Part shown: in pieces, positions 13,116-25,283 of the stretch
How positions within the stretch are numbered: position 1 is the stretch's first letter
Layout: each line of letters begins with the position of its first letter
Source of the DNA: Eledone cirrhosa
Lineage: Eukaryota
DNA: 64,000 nucleotides
Direction of reading: 5' to 3'
NCBI GenBank assembly: GCA_964016885.1
Contig: OZ024755.1
Location: 17,670,001 to 17,734,000 of the forward strand
Position numbers and translations under genes: made by a program
The notes under the pieces: model-generated
The model's database searches: none
Told to the model about the DNA's origin: nothing
Seen by the model: only the letters and a program-made list of their open reading frames with translations

Positions 13116-14697
13116 TTAAACTTGTTGAGGCCCAATCCTTTCCAGGTCTGAATACAGCAGATTTCTTCTAAGAAAGGAAAGAGGGTTTGAGAGAATGGAA
13201 GTGAGAAAGAGATATAGAGGAATCGACCCCAGTACTTAACTGGTACTTCTTTTATCGACATCGAATGGATGAAAAGCAAATTTGAACTCAGGGATCAGAG
13301 AGGTGAAACAAATACCACAAAACATTCTATCCAACATTCTAATGACTCTGCCATTTTGTCGCCAATGGTTCATTTAACAACTTTAAATCAATCAATTCCT
13401 GATTTAACAAATATCTTTCTTCACAATTTTCTTCTCGTAAAGCATAATTGTTACAGCTTCATCTTTCATTATATTTTAGTTTTATGTGGAAGAATTTTTC
13501 TCATCTTTGGAAAATGATAACCCATTACCTTTATTTTTAATACATATTCTCCTTGTCAGAAAGATTAGGCATTCTATACCTAGACCAAAACTATAAATAC
13601 TACGAAAATGAGTGTGGTGGTGGTTTGGGCGTGGTGAAACAACACTCAAAGATTCAAGTTTCACACAGTATGTTGTAATGAAGGGATTATCAAATTAAAT
13701 TTTTGATTTTTTTTTACGGGTATTATGCTAGTATTATGAGCAAGACACGGCGGTTATCTGATCTGGTTTGTCTCACAACGTGACAACTCATCCAACCCAT
13801 ACTAGTGTGGAAAAATGGACATTAAATGGTGATGATATATACACATACATACATATATAGAGAGAGCAAGAATGAGGGGCTCATTCTACTAACATGGCTT
13901 TACAGAGGCTGTTTGCATAATTGCAAACGAATCAAATATTATTATTAATATTCAAAAAACTCAGATTATATTTATTGAATTCAGCCATGTAGAGCGACAA
14001 ACTATTTGTTTGTTAGATATATATATATATATATACACACCCACACACACATAAGAAAAAGAAGGTAATACATAGAGAAAACATTTTAGAACATACCTCC
14101 ACCTCTTCTTTTTTTGTCTTATATTTGTGTTACATGAATTCTAAATAAAAATTTTAGGAGATATTTGACAGCTCATGTGTGACAGGCAGCCAGAAAGGCT
14201 ATACAATTGTTATACTATGGTTGAAAAGTAAAGTAAAGCATTTACAATTTACTATAAAAAAATATGCTAATTTAATGCATGAAATTCAATGCATAGTTCA
14301 GTAAGTGTTCAATATTTTTATGTTAGGCTGACACAATTCTTCTATACATGTCTACTAATATGTGACGATGTTTATCTCTGTACAATAGGTGCAGCATTAA
14401 ATGCGCCATGGGTGCGGTTACAAGTTGCATTTAATAATGTATCTTAAATCAAATATGATTTCTATCTTTCACTTAGTGAAGAGTAAGCATTATTTACCTG
14501 ATGATTCCACAAATGTTTGGAGTCATTTCTTATTCCATATGAATGTATAAAATAATGTGTGAGTGTCTGTGTATATATATATAGTAATAATAATAAATGT
14601 GAAGACTAAAATCCAAAGAGGGCTCGATAAGGATAAATATATAAGTTTCAAGGATAAATATATATCAAATATATAAGAACCGTAGAGAAAATATTTA

Positions 14698-14744
14698 TTT
14701 CAGAAGATCCCGTTAAGGGTGAAAGCAGCGATTCTTTGCTTAAA
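14698..14744 (+). ncRNA. Degenerate hammerhead motif (CAGAAGA core)
   Basis: TTT-CAGAAGA-TCCC(GTTAA)GGGT-GAAA-GCA(GCGATTCTT)TGC-TT-AAA. One core substitution (U4>A). The cassette (about 14584-14766) is flanked by (TA)n. Confidence 0.4.
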
Positions 14745-15079
14745 CTTTAATCTGTTATTTTAATAAATATATATATATATATATTTGTGTGTGAGTTTGG
14801 TGTTAGGAAGAGCATCCAACCACCACAGTGTTTCTCAGTGATCATACATCTGAAGAAGTTTCTTTTTTTTTTCCACTCGTCGATGATAGCTTATCTGACT
14901 TTAATAGAAAGTGTTCTTAATCCAAGTGGCAGCCATAGCACATGCAATGTTTGCTATACTCTAATTACATCTCTAGGTAGCACTTATAGACATGGAAACA
15001 AAACCTAGGATCACAGGCAGGCTAACTGAGGAAAGAGATTTTGTGTGTGGCAGATGCACAAGAGTAGTTAGTTGTAATG

Positions 15080-15290
15080 CTAATGTGCATGAAGGATGAA
15101 GCACAGAGGGGCTGAGGAAAAAAACTAGTCATAAGAGGAATCAGATACAGTGTGTAAGAGAGAAAATTGTACTGATATGGACATGTGATGCATATGAATG
15201 ATGTTCTTTTGGTGAAGAAATGCTAGGAATTATAAGTGGAAGGAAACTGTGGAAGAGGAAGGCCTGAACTGATGAAGAAAAAGATCTGGT
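15080..15290 (+). mobile_element. Decayed RTE-like LINE fragment; same family on the minus strand at about 31330-31630
   Basis: Degenerate (L)RKKL.IRGIR..V.ER.L..YGHVM.M....VKKC....VEG..GRGRP reading with stops and frameshifts. A homologous inverted fragment lies at 31.3-31.6 kb. Confidence 0.5.
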
Positions 15291-16672
15291 CAACTGTGAT
15301 GTTGTGAATGTGTTATGTGTATTTTATCATACCAAGAGCACTAGAGGTTGTCCTGTGTAAGGAATACCAAAAATCCCCTCTACTGTTCTTCTATACAGGT
15401 AAATTAGACGAGTTGTCCTGTAAACAAAATCAATTAAAAAGTAAATCCTATTAAGGAAGGCAGCAACATGGAAGAGCTGAACTCCCACTGTCATCACCTC
15501 CATCTCTCTCGCCCTCCCCATCTCTCTGTATTATGAGCAAATGGGGTCCAACATGCTGGCCACCCCACAGCCCCGGCAGACAGAATGGAGAGGGCGTTTC
15601 CCTGGAGGATGGTAAAGGAGATGTGCTGGAAGAGCCATTCCATCTAGCGAGACTCACACCTGCGGCTCGCCAGCTTAGCGCCTAAGTAGGCTGTTTGAAG
15701 AGTCCTCCCCCCATCCTGTGTATCAATCAGTTCTTAATCAGACTTACTTTCCTCCTGTAAAGGTAATCTATAACACAGCTTTGTAGAGTCCTCTCTACCA
15801 TCTGTTTCAGTTCTTATTTGCTGGACACACTGCCCTCGTACACAGCTAACCCATCAGTCCACCGCATATGGAAATTAGGCTATAATTTTGATTTTAAAAT
15901 ATTAATACACATGACTATAGATTTAATTAAAATCACCATACTCATTTACTAGTCATTTCTTTCTTTTATGATGACTGCTGTTTTCTTTCTTTTCCTCCTT
16001 TAATTTCTTCGGTTTTTTCTTCGGTTTTTTTTTTTTTGTTTTTCTTCGTTTTTTTCCTTTTTTCTTTTTTCCTCTTTTTTCTTTTTCTTCGTTTTTTTGT
16101 ATTTGCAATCATTAGTGTGAAGTAAACGAAGAAGACATTAGCACGTGCTTTTGTGTGGAAATGTATTAATTAAATATTCTATTTCACATTGATCCATTTC
16201 AATATCAACTGATGTAAATTCATTCAATTTTCTAATTGGTTATTAATTTGGTACATAAAATATAATATATAAAATAAAAAGATAAAGATAAAGGTTACCA
16301 CTAGTTAATTTATATTTAATTGGGTTTTTTAAATTAATTGAAATACAGACAACTAATGTTATAGAATTGAAAATGTGGCAAAGTTTTTTGTTCAAATGTT
16401 GTTAATGCTTTTCATTTAACTTAAAGATAAGTTTAACTTTCATCTTAATTGCTTCCAATTCTGGTCAGATGATTTTACTAATTTATTTTATTGATTTATT
16501 TATTTATTTCATTGATTTATTTTATTGATTTATTTTATTTATTTATTTATTTTATTTATTTTATTTATTTTATTTATTTTATTTATTTTATTTATTTTAT
16601 TTATTTTATTTATTTATTCTATTATTTATTCTATTAGATTTCAGATTCTATCATGCCTCGTTCAGTGTCATC

Positions 16673-17019
16673 ATGAAATCTCACAGAAATGGAATAACTT
16701 CAAAAACAAATTCTCACCATGAACCTACCAAACCTACCAACCTTACCGAACCTGCTTTCATCTGGGATGAATGTTTACCTATACCAAGGCTTTCATTTAT
16801 TCCAGCAGCTATCATTGTGTTTGTTTTGGCCACAGCTTGTTTTCTCAACAGCATTTCTGGCCATTTTGTTTTTGATGACATTGAAGCCATCTTAAACAAT
16901 AATGATCTCACACCAAATGAACCTATTGGAAATCTATTTTTTCATGATTTTTGGGGAAGCAAACTCAATTCGGACTCCAGCCACAAATCATACCGTCCAT
17001 TTGCAGTCCTCACATTCAG
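16673..17019 (+). CDS. TMTC4: TMTC-family protein O-mannosyltransferase (TMTC4-like), first recognisable coding exon
   Basis: Encodes MKSHRN...CFLNSISGHFVFDDIEAILNNNDL...FFHDFWGSKLNSDSSHKSYRPFAVLTFR. FVFDD (GT-C acidic loop), DFWG and SHKSYRP are TMTC hallmarks. Donor AG|GTAAAG at 17019/17020 (phase 2). Candidate acceptors at 16637, 16644 and 16665. The frame is also open upstream of the ATG, so the start codon is not certain. The paralog call rests on recalled similarity to vertebrate TMTC4. Confidence 0.9.
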
Positions 17020-17290
17020 GTAAAGTAATTTTATAATATATTGGGTCGTCAAGTATGAAATTTGTAGAAATTTGGAGGGGGAAAAAAACAAATTTCTACA
17101 AATTTTATACTTGACGAGCCAATAGTTAAGTTTAGTGTTGTGTTCTAGTTTCATTCAAGCCTTGCAAAATATGTAAAAAATATCATCAACATCATCGTCA
17201 TTGTTGTTTAATGCCCATAAGTCTCATTCTCTCTCCTTCCTTTTTGAAATTGAAATATTGCATATAAATATATATACACACATACAATAT

Positions 17291-17629
17291 CATCATCATT
17301 TTACGTCTGCTTTTTCCCTGCTTGCAAGGGTGGGACGGGACGGGAACTGATTTTGGCTTGATTTCTACAGCTGGATGCCATTCCTAACACCAACCTCATT
17401 TACAGTGAGTGCTGGGTGCTTTTTTTTTCCGTGGCGCCTACACGTCCACTTTGCAGTGGAATGATAGGGACCCCAGTCCCTATCATTTCATTTCTACAGC
17501 TGAGTAAACTGGAGCAACGTGAAATAAAGTGTCTTGCTCAAGGAAACAACACATTACCCAGTCTGAGAATTGAACTCACAACCTATTGATTGCAAGGCCA
17601 ATGCTCTAACCACTAAGCTATGTGCCTCC
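17291..17629 (-). mobile_element. Full-length family-2 SINE, inverted relative to 18206-18535
   Basis: Reverse complement of the 18206-18535 copy, from the (CAT)n tail to the GTGCCTCCA head. Confidence 0.8.
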
Positions 17630-17639
17630 ATACACATAT

Positions 17640-17670
<31 letters not shown>

Positions 17671-17917
17671 TAAGTTGACAGAACTAGCATGGGTCTCACT
17701 GCTAGGACCGGTAGCATCTCAGCGTACTCAATAGGTAATGTAAGGTTAAATAAACTCCCAGAGTAGACACATAGTTATTCACTTCAGTACAACACACATA
17801 AACAGGTACCTTCAGTTATTCCCGGACTCAAGTTTCGGCCACACTTAATGCAGCAGTAGGGTGCACTGCACCCTCTGCTCTGTCCCCGTATATTATGCAA
17901 AAATGCATAATCGGCGC

Positions 17918-17958
<41 letters not shown>

Positions 17959-18205
17959 CCAGTTTCAATCTGGGGTAACCACAGTGTATTAATATTTAAT
18001 ATAGAAATGTCTTCTACAGGACTAGAACTGTTTCATCCAAAAGAACTCATCCTGATGATTTCCATCGAATGAAAGTGTCCTAGTCCTGTAGAAGCCATTT
18101 CTATATTAAATATATATATTTATGTCTGGTCTGACGATGCAGTGAGTGCACAGATGAAACTCCAGACTACTTAGCCATAATGAATATATATATATATATA
18201 TATAT

Positions 18206-18535
18206 ATGGCTTAGTGGTTAGAGCATTGGTCTTGCAATTGGTTGTGAGTTCAATTCTCGGACCGGATGATGTGTTGTTTCCTTGAGCAAGACACTTTATT
18301 TCACATTGCTCCAGTTTACTCAGCTGTAGAAATGAGATGATAGGGACTGGGGTCCCTATCATTCCACTGCAAAGTGGTCGTGGAGGTACCACAGCAAAAA
18401 AGCACCCAGCACTCACTGTAAATGAGGTTGGTGTTAGGAAGGGCATCCAGCTGTAGAAATCAAGCCAGTATCAGTTCCCGTCCCACCCTTGCAAGCAGGG
18501 AAAAGCGGACGTAAAATGATGATGATGATGATGAT
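18206..18535 (+). mobile_element. tRNA-derived SINE family 2 (CORE-like domain, (GAT)n tail)
   Basis: TGGCTTAGTGG A-box, GAGTTCAATTC B-box, CCTTGAGCAAGACACTT CORE-like motif, 3' end GCGGACGTAAAATGATGATG. Other copies at 17291-17629(-), 24185-24570(-), 33150-33426(-), 59191-59499(+); head fragments at 21323, 32341 and 61428-61935. Confidence 0.8.
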
Positions 18536-19779
18536 ATACAGAGAGAAAGAAAGTGGTGTGTATATGTATGTACACACTCACACATACAATGCTATATATT
18601 GAACACAATTTCTTGAGTAAACTTAACTTTTCTTTCTGTCTGACCTTTCTATCTGCCTCTATTCCCCATCCTCAGACTTCCTCACCTCTCTGCTTCAACT
18701 CCTCTTCCTTCCTCTGTCTAACCTCTCTGCTTCTACTCCCCTTCCTTCCTCTGTCTAACCTCTCTGCTTCAACTCCCCCTCCTTCTTTTGTCTAACCTCT
18801 CTATCTACTCTTCCTTCCCTTCCATACCCTGTCAGTCACTATTTCCGTTTGTCAGTTTCAAATGCTAAAAGCTTCTTCATACTACAGGTTGATGTAAAAA
18901 CATTCTTATATTATATTATATATTTGCTAAGAATAAAAAAAGAATGTATTATATAACAGTCATGGATGGCGATGTAGTTAAAGAGTTTGCTTCACAACCA
19001 CATGGTTTCAGGTTCAATCTCACTGCAAAGGTACCTTGGTCAGGTGACCTATACTTTGGGAGGGAAATTTTGTTGTTAGAAACTGCAGAAGCTCATTGTA
19101 AACATATCTTCATCATCATTCCCATCCCTGCTAAAATTGTTTTGTGTTAGTTAAAAGTAGCATTTAAACTGGTCATATCAGGCCAGCATTCTCTCACCTC
19201 TTTCTGTTCAAACTAGCTGTAACCAGCCACTCATACTGATGTTAAGGTATTGTCCTCAAAATAAATAATATCAAAATTTTATAGATTCGATATTATGTGA
19301 GATAATTATGTTAGGTAAAGCTTTACCGTGAAAAATAGTAAATATAGAGAAATGTAAATGCTAAAGGGTTAAAGTGTCATGCTATATTAAATTCTTGTAG
19401 CTTTTAATTTTTATAGGAATTGGGTGGGTGGGTGGTAGATGTGATTGTGTGGTGTTTACACCTTTCCTAGAGTTATTTATTAGCAACAGAAGTGAAACAG
19501 TCCTTAGCGATGATGAAATGGGTGGTAGGGGAGTGTGTGGGCGGAGTTGGCCATCCAAAGGTGCGAGCCCCCACCCCAAGGTGGAATGGCTGTTTGAGCG
19601 TGTCTCCCTCTCCGTCCTCCGGGGAAATGCATTCTCCATCCTGTCGGCCAGGTCTCAGAGACAGAGAGCAAGTTAGCTGGTGATGGAGGATACTCATTCA
19701 CTTCATTTATTAGCAACATAAATGAAGCGAAACAGTCCATAGTGATGATGATGATGATGATGAATGATGGTGGTGGTGG

Positions 19780-20240
19780 TGGTGGATGGTAGAGGAAGAT
19801 GTGATTGTGTGGTGTTTATACCTTTCCTAAAGGTATTTATTAAACACTTAAGTGAAACAGTGCATAGCAATGACGATGAATGGTGGTGGATGGTAGAGGA
19901 AGATGTGATTGTGTGGTGTTTATACCTTTCCTAAAGGTATTTATTAAACACATAAGTGAAACAGTGCATAGCAATGACGATGAATGGTGGTGGATGGTAG
20001 AGGAAGATGTGATTGTGTGGTGTTTATACCTTTCCTAAAGGTATTTATTAAACACATAAGTGAAACAGTGCATAGCAATGATGATGAATGGTGGTGGATG
20101 GTAGAGGAAGATGTGATTGTGTGGTGTTTATACCTTTCCTAAAGGTATTTATTAAACACTTAAGTGAAACAGTGCATAGCAATGACGATGAATGGTGGTG
20201 GTGGTGGGTGATAGGGAAAGATGTGATTGTGTGGTGTTTA
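19780..20240. repeat. 104-bp tandem repeat, about 4.3 copies
   Basis: AGAGGAAGATGTGATTGTG starts at 19791, 19895, 19999 and 20103. Confidence 0.9.
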
Positions 20241-22113
20241 TGTATGTATGGTCCCGTAACTCCTAATAGATTCATATGGTCGCCACATTGACATACAGCA
20301 TTTCTTGAGCATATTGTTAGCCTGGCGTAGCTCATCCCTCTTCAGGCCTGAATACAGCAGATTTCTTCCAGAGAAGAATAGTGAGTGAGAAAGAGATATA
20401 GAGGAAAAATCGACCTCAGTATTAGACTGGTACTTTTTTATCAACCTCGAAAGGATGAAAGGTAAAGTTGACCTCAGCAGGATGAGAGGAGAGGGCCAGA
20501 ACAAATAACATAAAGCATTCTAACCGACATTTTAACGACTCTGCCAATTCACCACCCCTGGTGTTTATACTTTTTCTTAAAGGTATTTATTAACAACATA
20601 AGTGGAGTGAAACAGTCCATAGTGGATTGAAACAGTCCATAGCGATCATCGTCGTGGTCTGTGATTGATAACCAGAATCCTGTCCATTAGTGGTTTTCTT
20701 CCATTTCAGTAAACTCTTCTGTCACTTAGAGTCAAGAATTATTTCTCAAGTGACTCTATATTGAATTAATAAGCCATGGCAGTTGATGTTATCTTGTTCA
20801 GGCACCACTGTATTGATTTATCACCATTCACATTTTCTTGTACACTTTAAAAAGAATTTTAAATCAGGAATATTGTTCCCAATCATTCAATAGTTACATT
20901 ACATCTGTCTGAGAGTCAAGTGCAAACTAATTGAAATATTCTCACTTAAGGTTCATATTGCGTTGTTTTGTAACAATCACGATGGAGTTGGCTACATGTT
21001 GAAGAAAATCTTACAATTATGTGAACATCAGAGATTCAAGTACATACTAATTGAAATATTTTCACTTAAGATCCATGCAATGTTGTTATGTAACAATCAC
21101 AATGCAGTCAGCTACACATTGAAGAAAATCTTGCAATTATACCGAAGAACTGAAGAACTGTAGAACAGGAAAACAGAAATATGCACTTTATAAGATTGAA
21201 TCTACAAACCAACATTTTTTTTTACTTCGGTGGCAACCTTTAGGAAATGAATGAATTTCGACATCTCATTTTCAATTACCTTTGAGGCTTAGATTTATAT
21301 TTGATATCATTAAATTGGATAAGGTGCATGGCTTAGTGGTTAGAACGTTGGGCTTGCAATTTGTGAGGTTGTGAGTTCGATTCCTGGACCGGGTGATGCA
21401 TTGGCATTGTGTCCTTGAGAAAGACACTTTATCCAGTTTACTCAGCTGTAGAAAGGAGTTGCGATGTCACTGGTGCCAAGCTTTATCAGCCATTAACTTT
21501 CCCCTGGACAACATCGGTGGTATGGATGTTTATACAGGTGTGGTGAGCCACATATATTCTAGCCATTAGAAAAAGTAAAATGAATGCTTCACCTTTGAAA
21601 GAGGGATTGCTCAAGAAGAGAAATTGGATAAAATTGTTAAAATGGCAATAATTTGAGACTTCTTCTCTTTTCCTGGTTTTAGTCATTTGACAGTCACCAT
21701 GCTGGGGCACTTTAAAGGATTTAACCAATTATATTGTCCACAGTATTTTTTTTTTTTCATATCTGGTATTTATATATATAAATATATATATTTGTTTCTA
21801 CTTTTGGCACAAGGCCAGCAATTATCCCAGTGCATTACTGGTACTTTATTTTATCAACCCCGTAAGGATGAAAGGCAAAGTTAACCTCTGCGGGATTTGA
21901 ACTCAGATGTAATAATGGTTTCTAATTTAGGGACAAGGTATATATATATAACCTAATGATTTAACAATATATATATATATATATTGTTAAATCATTAGGT
22001 TATGGTATATAAATACAGACACAGACATAAACACACATGCACGCATATGTGTATAATCATCATCATCATCATCATATATATATATATTACATACACACAC
22101 ACACATGCATGTA

Positions 22114-22313
22114 TGAGGGTCAGGTGAAAAAAGTTCATAGGCTGACCAAGATACTCTCATGGAACGACCAAATGAGGTTTATTTTTCAACATAGTCCCTG
22201 GAAAGAAAGAATGCAGTTATAAACAAGAAGAGCTGAAATTAATGGATGCAAGATTTCACAGCTCTAGTATCACTCCTTCATCATCAGCTTATGAACTCTT
22301 CAGCCCACCGTCG
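22114..22313. mobile_element. Mariner-type MITE; single ends of the same family at about 1145-1215 and 1387-1450
   Basis: TA-flanked imperfect TIRs (TGAGGGTCAGGTGAAAAAAGTTCATAGGCTGA versus the reverse complement of TCAGCTTATGAACTCTTCAGCCCACCGTCG). Confidence 0.55.
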
Positions 22314-24897
22314 TAAATGGGCTTCCATACAGTTTCTGTCTGACAATTGACCAGTTTCTGTCTGGTATATAAAGCTTTGGGCAGCCTAAGGCTATAGCAG
22401 TAAATAGACACTTGTGTAATGTGCCATGCAGTGAGATTGAGCTCTGAAACCATGTAGTTGTAAAGTGAACTTCCTAACCACACAGCTGCACTTGAAACCA
22501 TGATGAACATAAAAATTGAATATGAAGTTTCTTAACACTTTAGCATTTACATTACTCTATATTTTTTTATGGTAAAGCCTTTATCTCGCATAATATCGAA
22601 TCTATGAGATTTTGATATTATTTATTTTGAGAACAATACCTTAATGTAGTATGAGCAGCCATTTGCAGCTGGTTTCAACAGAAAGAAGTGAGAGAATTCT
22701 GGTCAGATACCACTTTAAATGCTGAATGGTTAAAATCCAAAATATTGTTCAGGCCTGAACAGCTTCAAAAATTATAAAGGCTACAATTTTTATAAGGAGA
22801 AAGTATGAGCTATAGTAGATGTCAAATATAGAAAATAAGCTTTTTAAATATTTATAACATGAATCCTGGATAAAGAATAGAGGAAAGAGGATTTGAGTTC
22901 TAAGTATCAGTTCTAAACAACTATACATAGAATGTTTCCATCTTTTTCTTGTCAATTTGCACAGATTATCTCTTGGGTTTTAAAATATAATCTTTATCCA
23001 TGCCTAGTGATTTAGTGATCAACATATAGTTTATCTTGAGCTCTACATTTGTTGTCTAAGCTTGGTGGTGTTGTTTAGCCCCAGGTCAGTTCTTATGATC
23101 AAAAATAGCTCTTCCAACCATGACTACACCATTGTAGTGCATCTAAGAGCAAATGGAGTGAGCATGCTTCTCATTCGCTTAACAAATGGGGTGTAACTCT
23201 TCTCATTTGCTTACCAAGTGGGGTGGAACTCTTCAGATCGGACCAAGGAAACAATGTTTCCATTTGTCTTTCCATTGCTGATAATATCTACTCGTTGCAA
23301 CTCCTGGCAGAAAAAGCAACATCAAATAAAATATCTTGCTCAAAGACATACCAGTCTGGGAATTGAACTCACATCACCACAATTGTGAATCCAACTCTCT
23401 AACCACTAAACCATGTCTCTTCATGTGCCTTCATTAACCCTTTAGCATTCGCATTACTCTATATATACTATTGTCTTATCTCGGTAAACACTTTATTTCA
23501 CATAATTATCTCACATAATATCGAATATATGAGATTTTGATATTATTTATTTGGAGAACAATACCTTAACATAAGTATGAGCAGCCAGTTATGGGCGATT
23601 TGAACAGAAAGAGGTGAGAAGATTCTGGCTGGATATGGCCAGTTTAAATGCTAAAGAGTTAATAATGAAGTAAATATGAATTAAATATGAAGTGAATATG
23701 AAGTTAATATGTAAGAATTAACCATACCAAGAATGTTACTCAGTTCTCTTCAGCTATTTTTGGTAAATAAATAAGCAATTGTTTAAAACTACATCTCTGG
23801 ACTGATAGAAATTGTTTGGTGGTAGTGAATCATACACACATACACACACTCATATACACATACTTCACATATACATTGACACACACATAACACACACACA
23901 TCTTCACACAACACTGACACTCATACACACATAACACTTACACAAACGCTCATGCAATTACACACTGATACATGCACACATACACACAAACGTACACACA
24001 ATTTGCTTATAGTCCAATATGGAAATTGACTGTTGATAGAATTCTTAAAATATCTATCACTAATCTTATATAGATATCTTCCTTTATTTGCCACAGGGGC
24101 ATACAAAAATGGAACATTACAAGACATGATGGCGGAGGTTTTACATAAAAATCATATAACTTTAACATTAATAAATAACAATATCATCATTTTCATCATT
24201 TTACGTCCGCTTTTGCCTGCTTGCAAGGGTGGGGCAGGAACTGATTCTGGCTTGATTTCTACAGCTGGATGCCCTTCCTAACACCAACCTCATTTACAGT
24301 GAGTGATGGGTGATTTTTTTCCGTGGCACCTACACGTCCACTTTACAGTGTGGGCTGGGTGCTTTTTTGCCGTGGAACCTCCACGACCACTTTGCAGTGG
24401 AATGATAGGGACCCTAGTCCCTATCATCTCTTTTCTACAGCTGAGTAAACTGGAGCAATGTGAAATAAAGTGTCTTGCTCAAGGAAACAACAAATCACCC
24501 GGTCTGAGAATTGAACTCACAACTTTTCGATTGCAAGGCCAATGCTGTAACCACTAAGCCATGTGCCTCCATAAACTATATATAATAAAATAACAATTGA
24601 AATCCCCAATAGGGGGGAACGTTACTATGGGGTTGTTTTACACCCCGTGGATAGAACAACCCTCAACACCAGGAACACGTTTTGTAGGTGTTCCCCTCTT
24701 CCCTCTGTTTATCTTCCTCAACCTTATATAGATATATTTCTTTATTTACCACAAGGGCGCTCAAGAAAAGGGGACAATACAAAGACACATACCGGGGATT
24801 TTACATACAGTCGTGTAAAAATATTGATACAAACAATTATAACAATCGAAATCCCCAATAGGGGGGAAGCACCACAAATGGGTTAGATAGATAGATA

Positions 24898-25283
24898 TGT
24901 TTCTTTATTAGCCACAGGGGCACAAAAGAAGGGGACAAATACAAAGGGGGAAGTTTACATACAATAAAAACGTGTAAAATGTTATCACAAATGCAATTTA
25001 AAAAATTACTCGATTTTCCCCAATAGGGGGAGACAGTTTATATGGGTAACACATACCCCCGAAAAAAATGTGCAACCCTCATCTCCAGGAGTACGAAGAG
25101 TTTGTACTCCTTTCCTCTCCTCCTCCTTTTTCTCAACCTACAGGCTGATATAGAGAGAAGACCCATTCACTCGGGCCATTCTCGCCACTTTCACCCACCT
25201 TTCATAAAACTTGCTGGGGTACAGCACCTCTCTCTCCATCCTGATTCTTCTTCCAAAGTGGTATTTGAAAAAAAGAATCAGTT
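24898..25283 (-). mobile_element. Second, more truncated copy of the L1/Tx1-like 3' end in a (GATA)n tract
   Basis: Reverse complement closely matches about 3463-3848 (compare ORFs 3439..3705 and 25042..25293). TAGA repeats on both sides. Related shorter tails at about 24070-24180, 24730-24880 and 40908-40930. Confidence 0.7.

Noticed and set aside
18206-18290. tRNA-like sequences with A and B boxes (many copies)
   Set aside because: They run straight into SINE bodies and lack a complete cloverleaf, so they are SINE heads and not tRNA genes.
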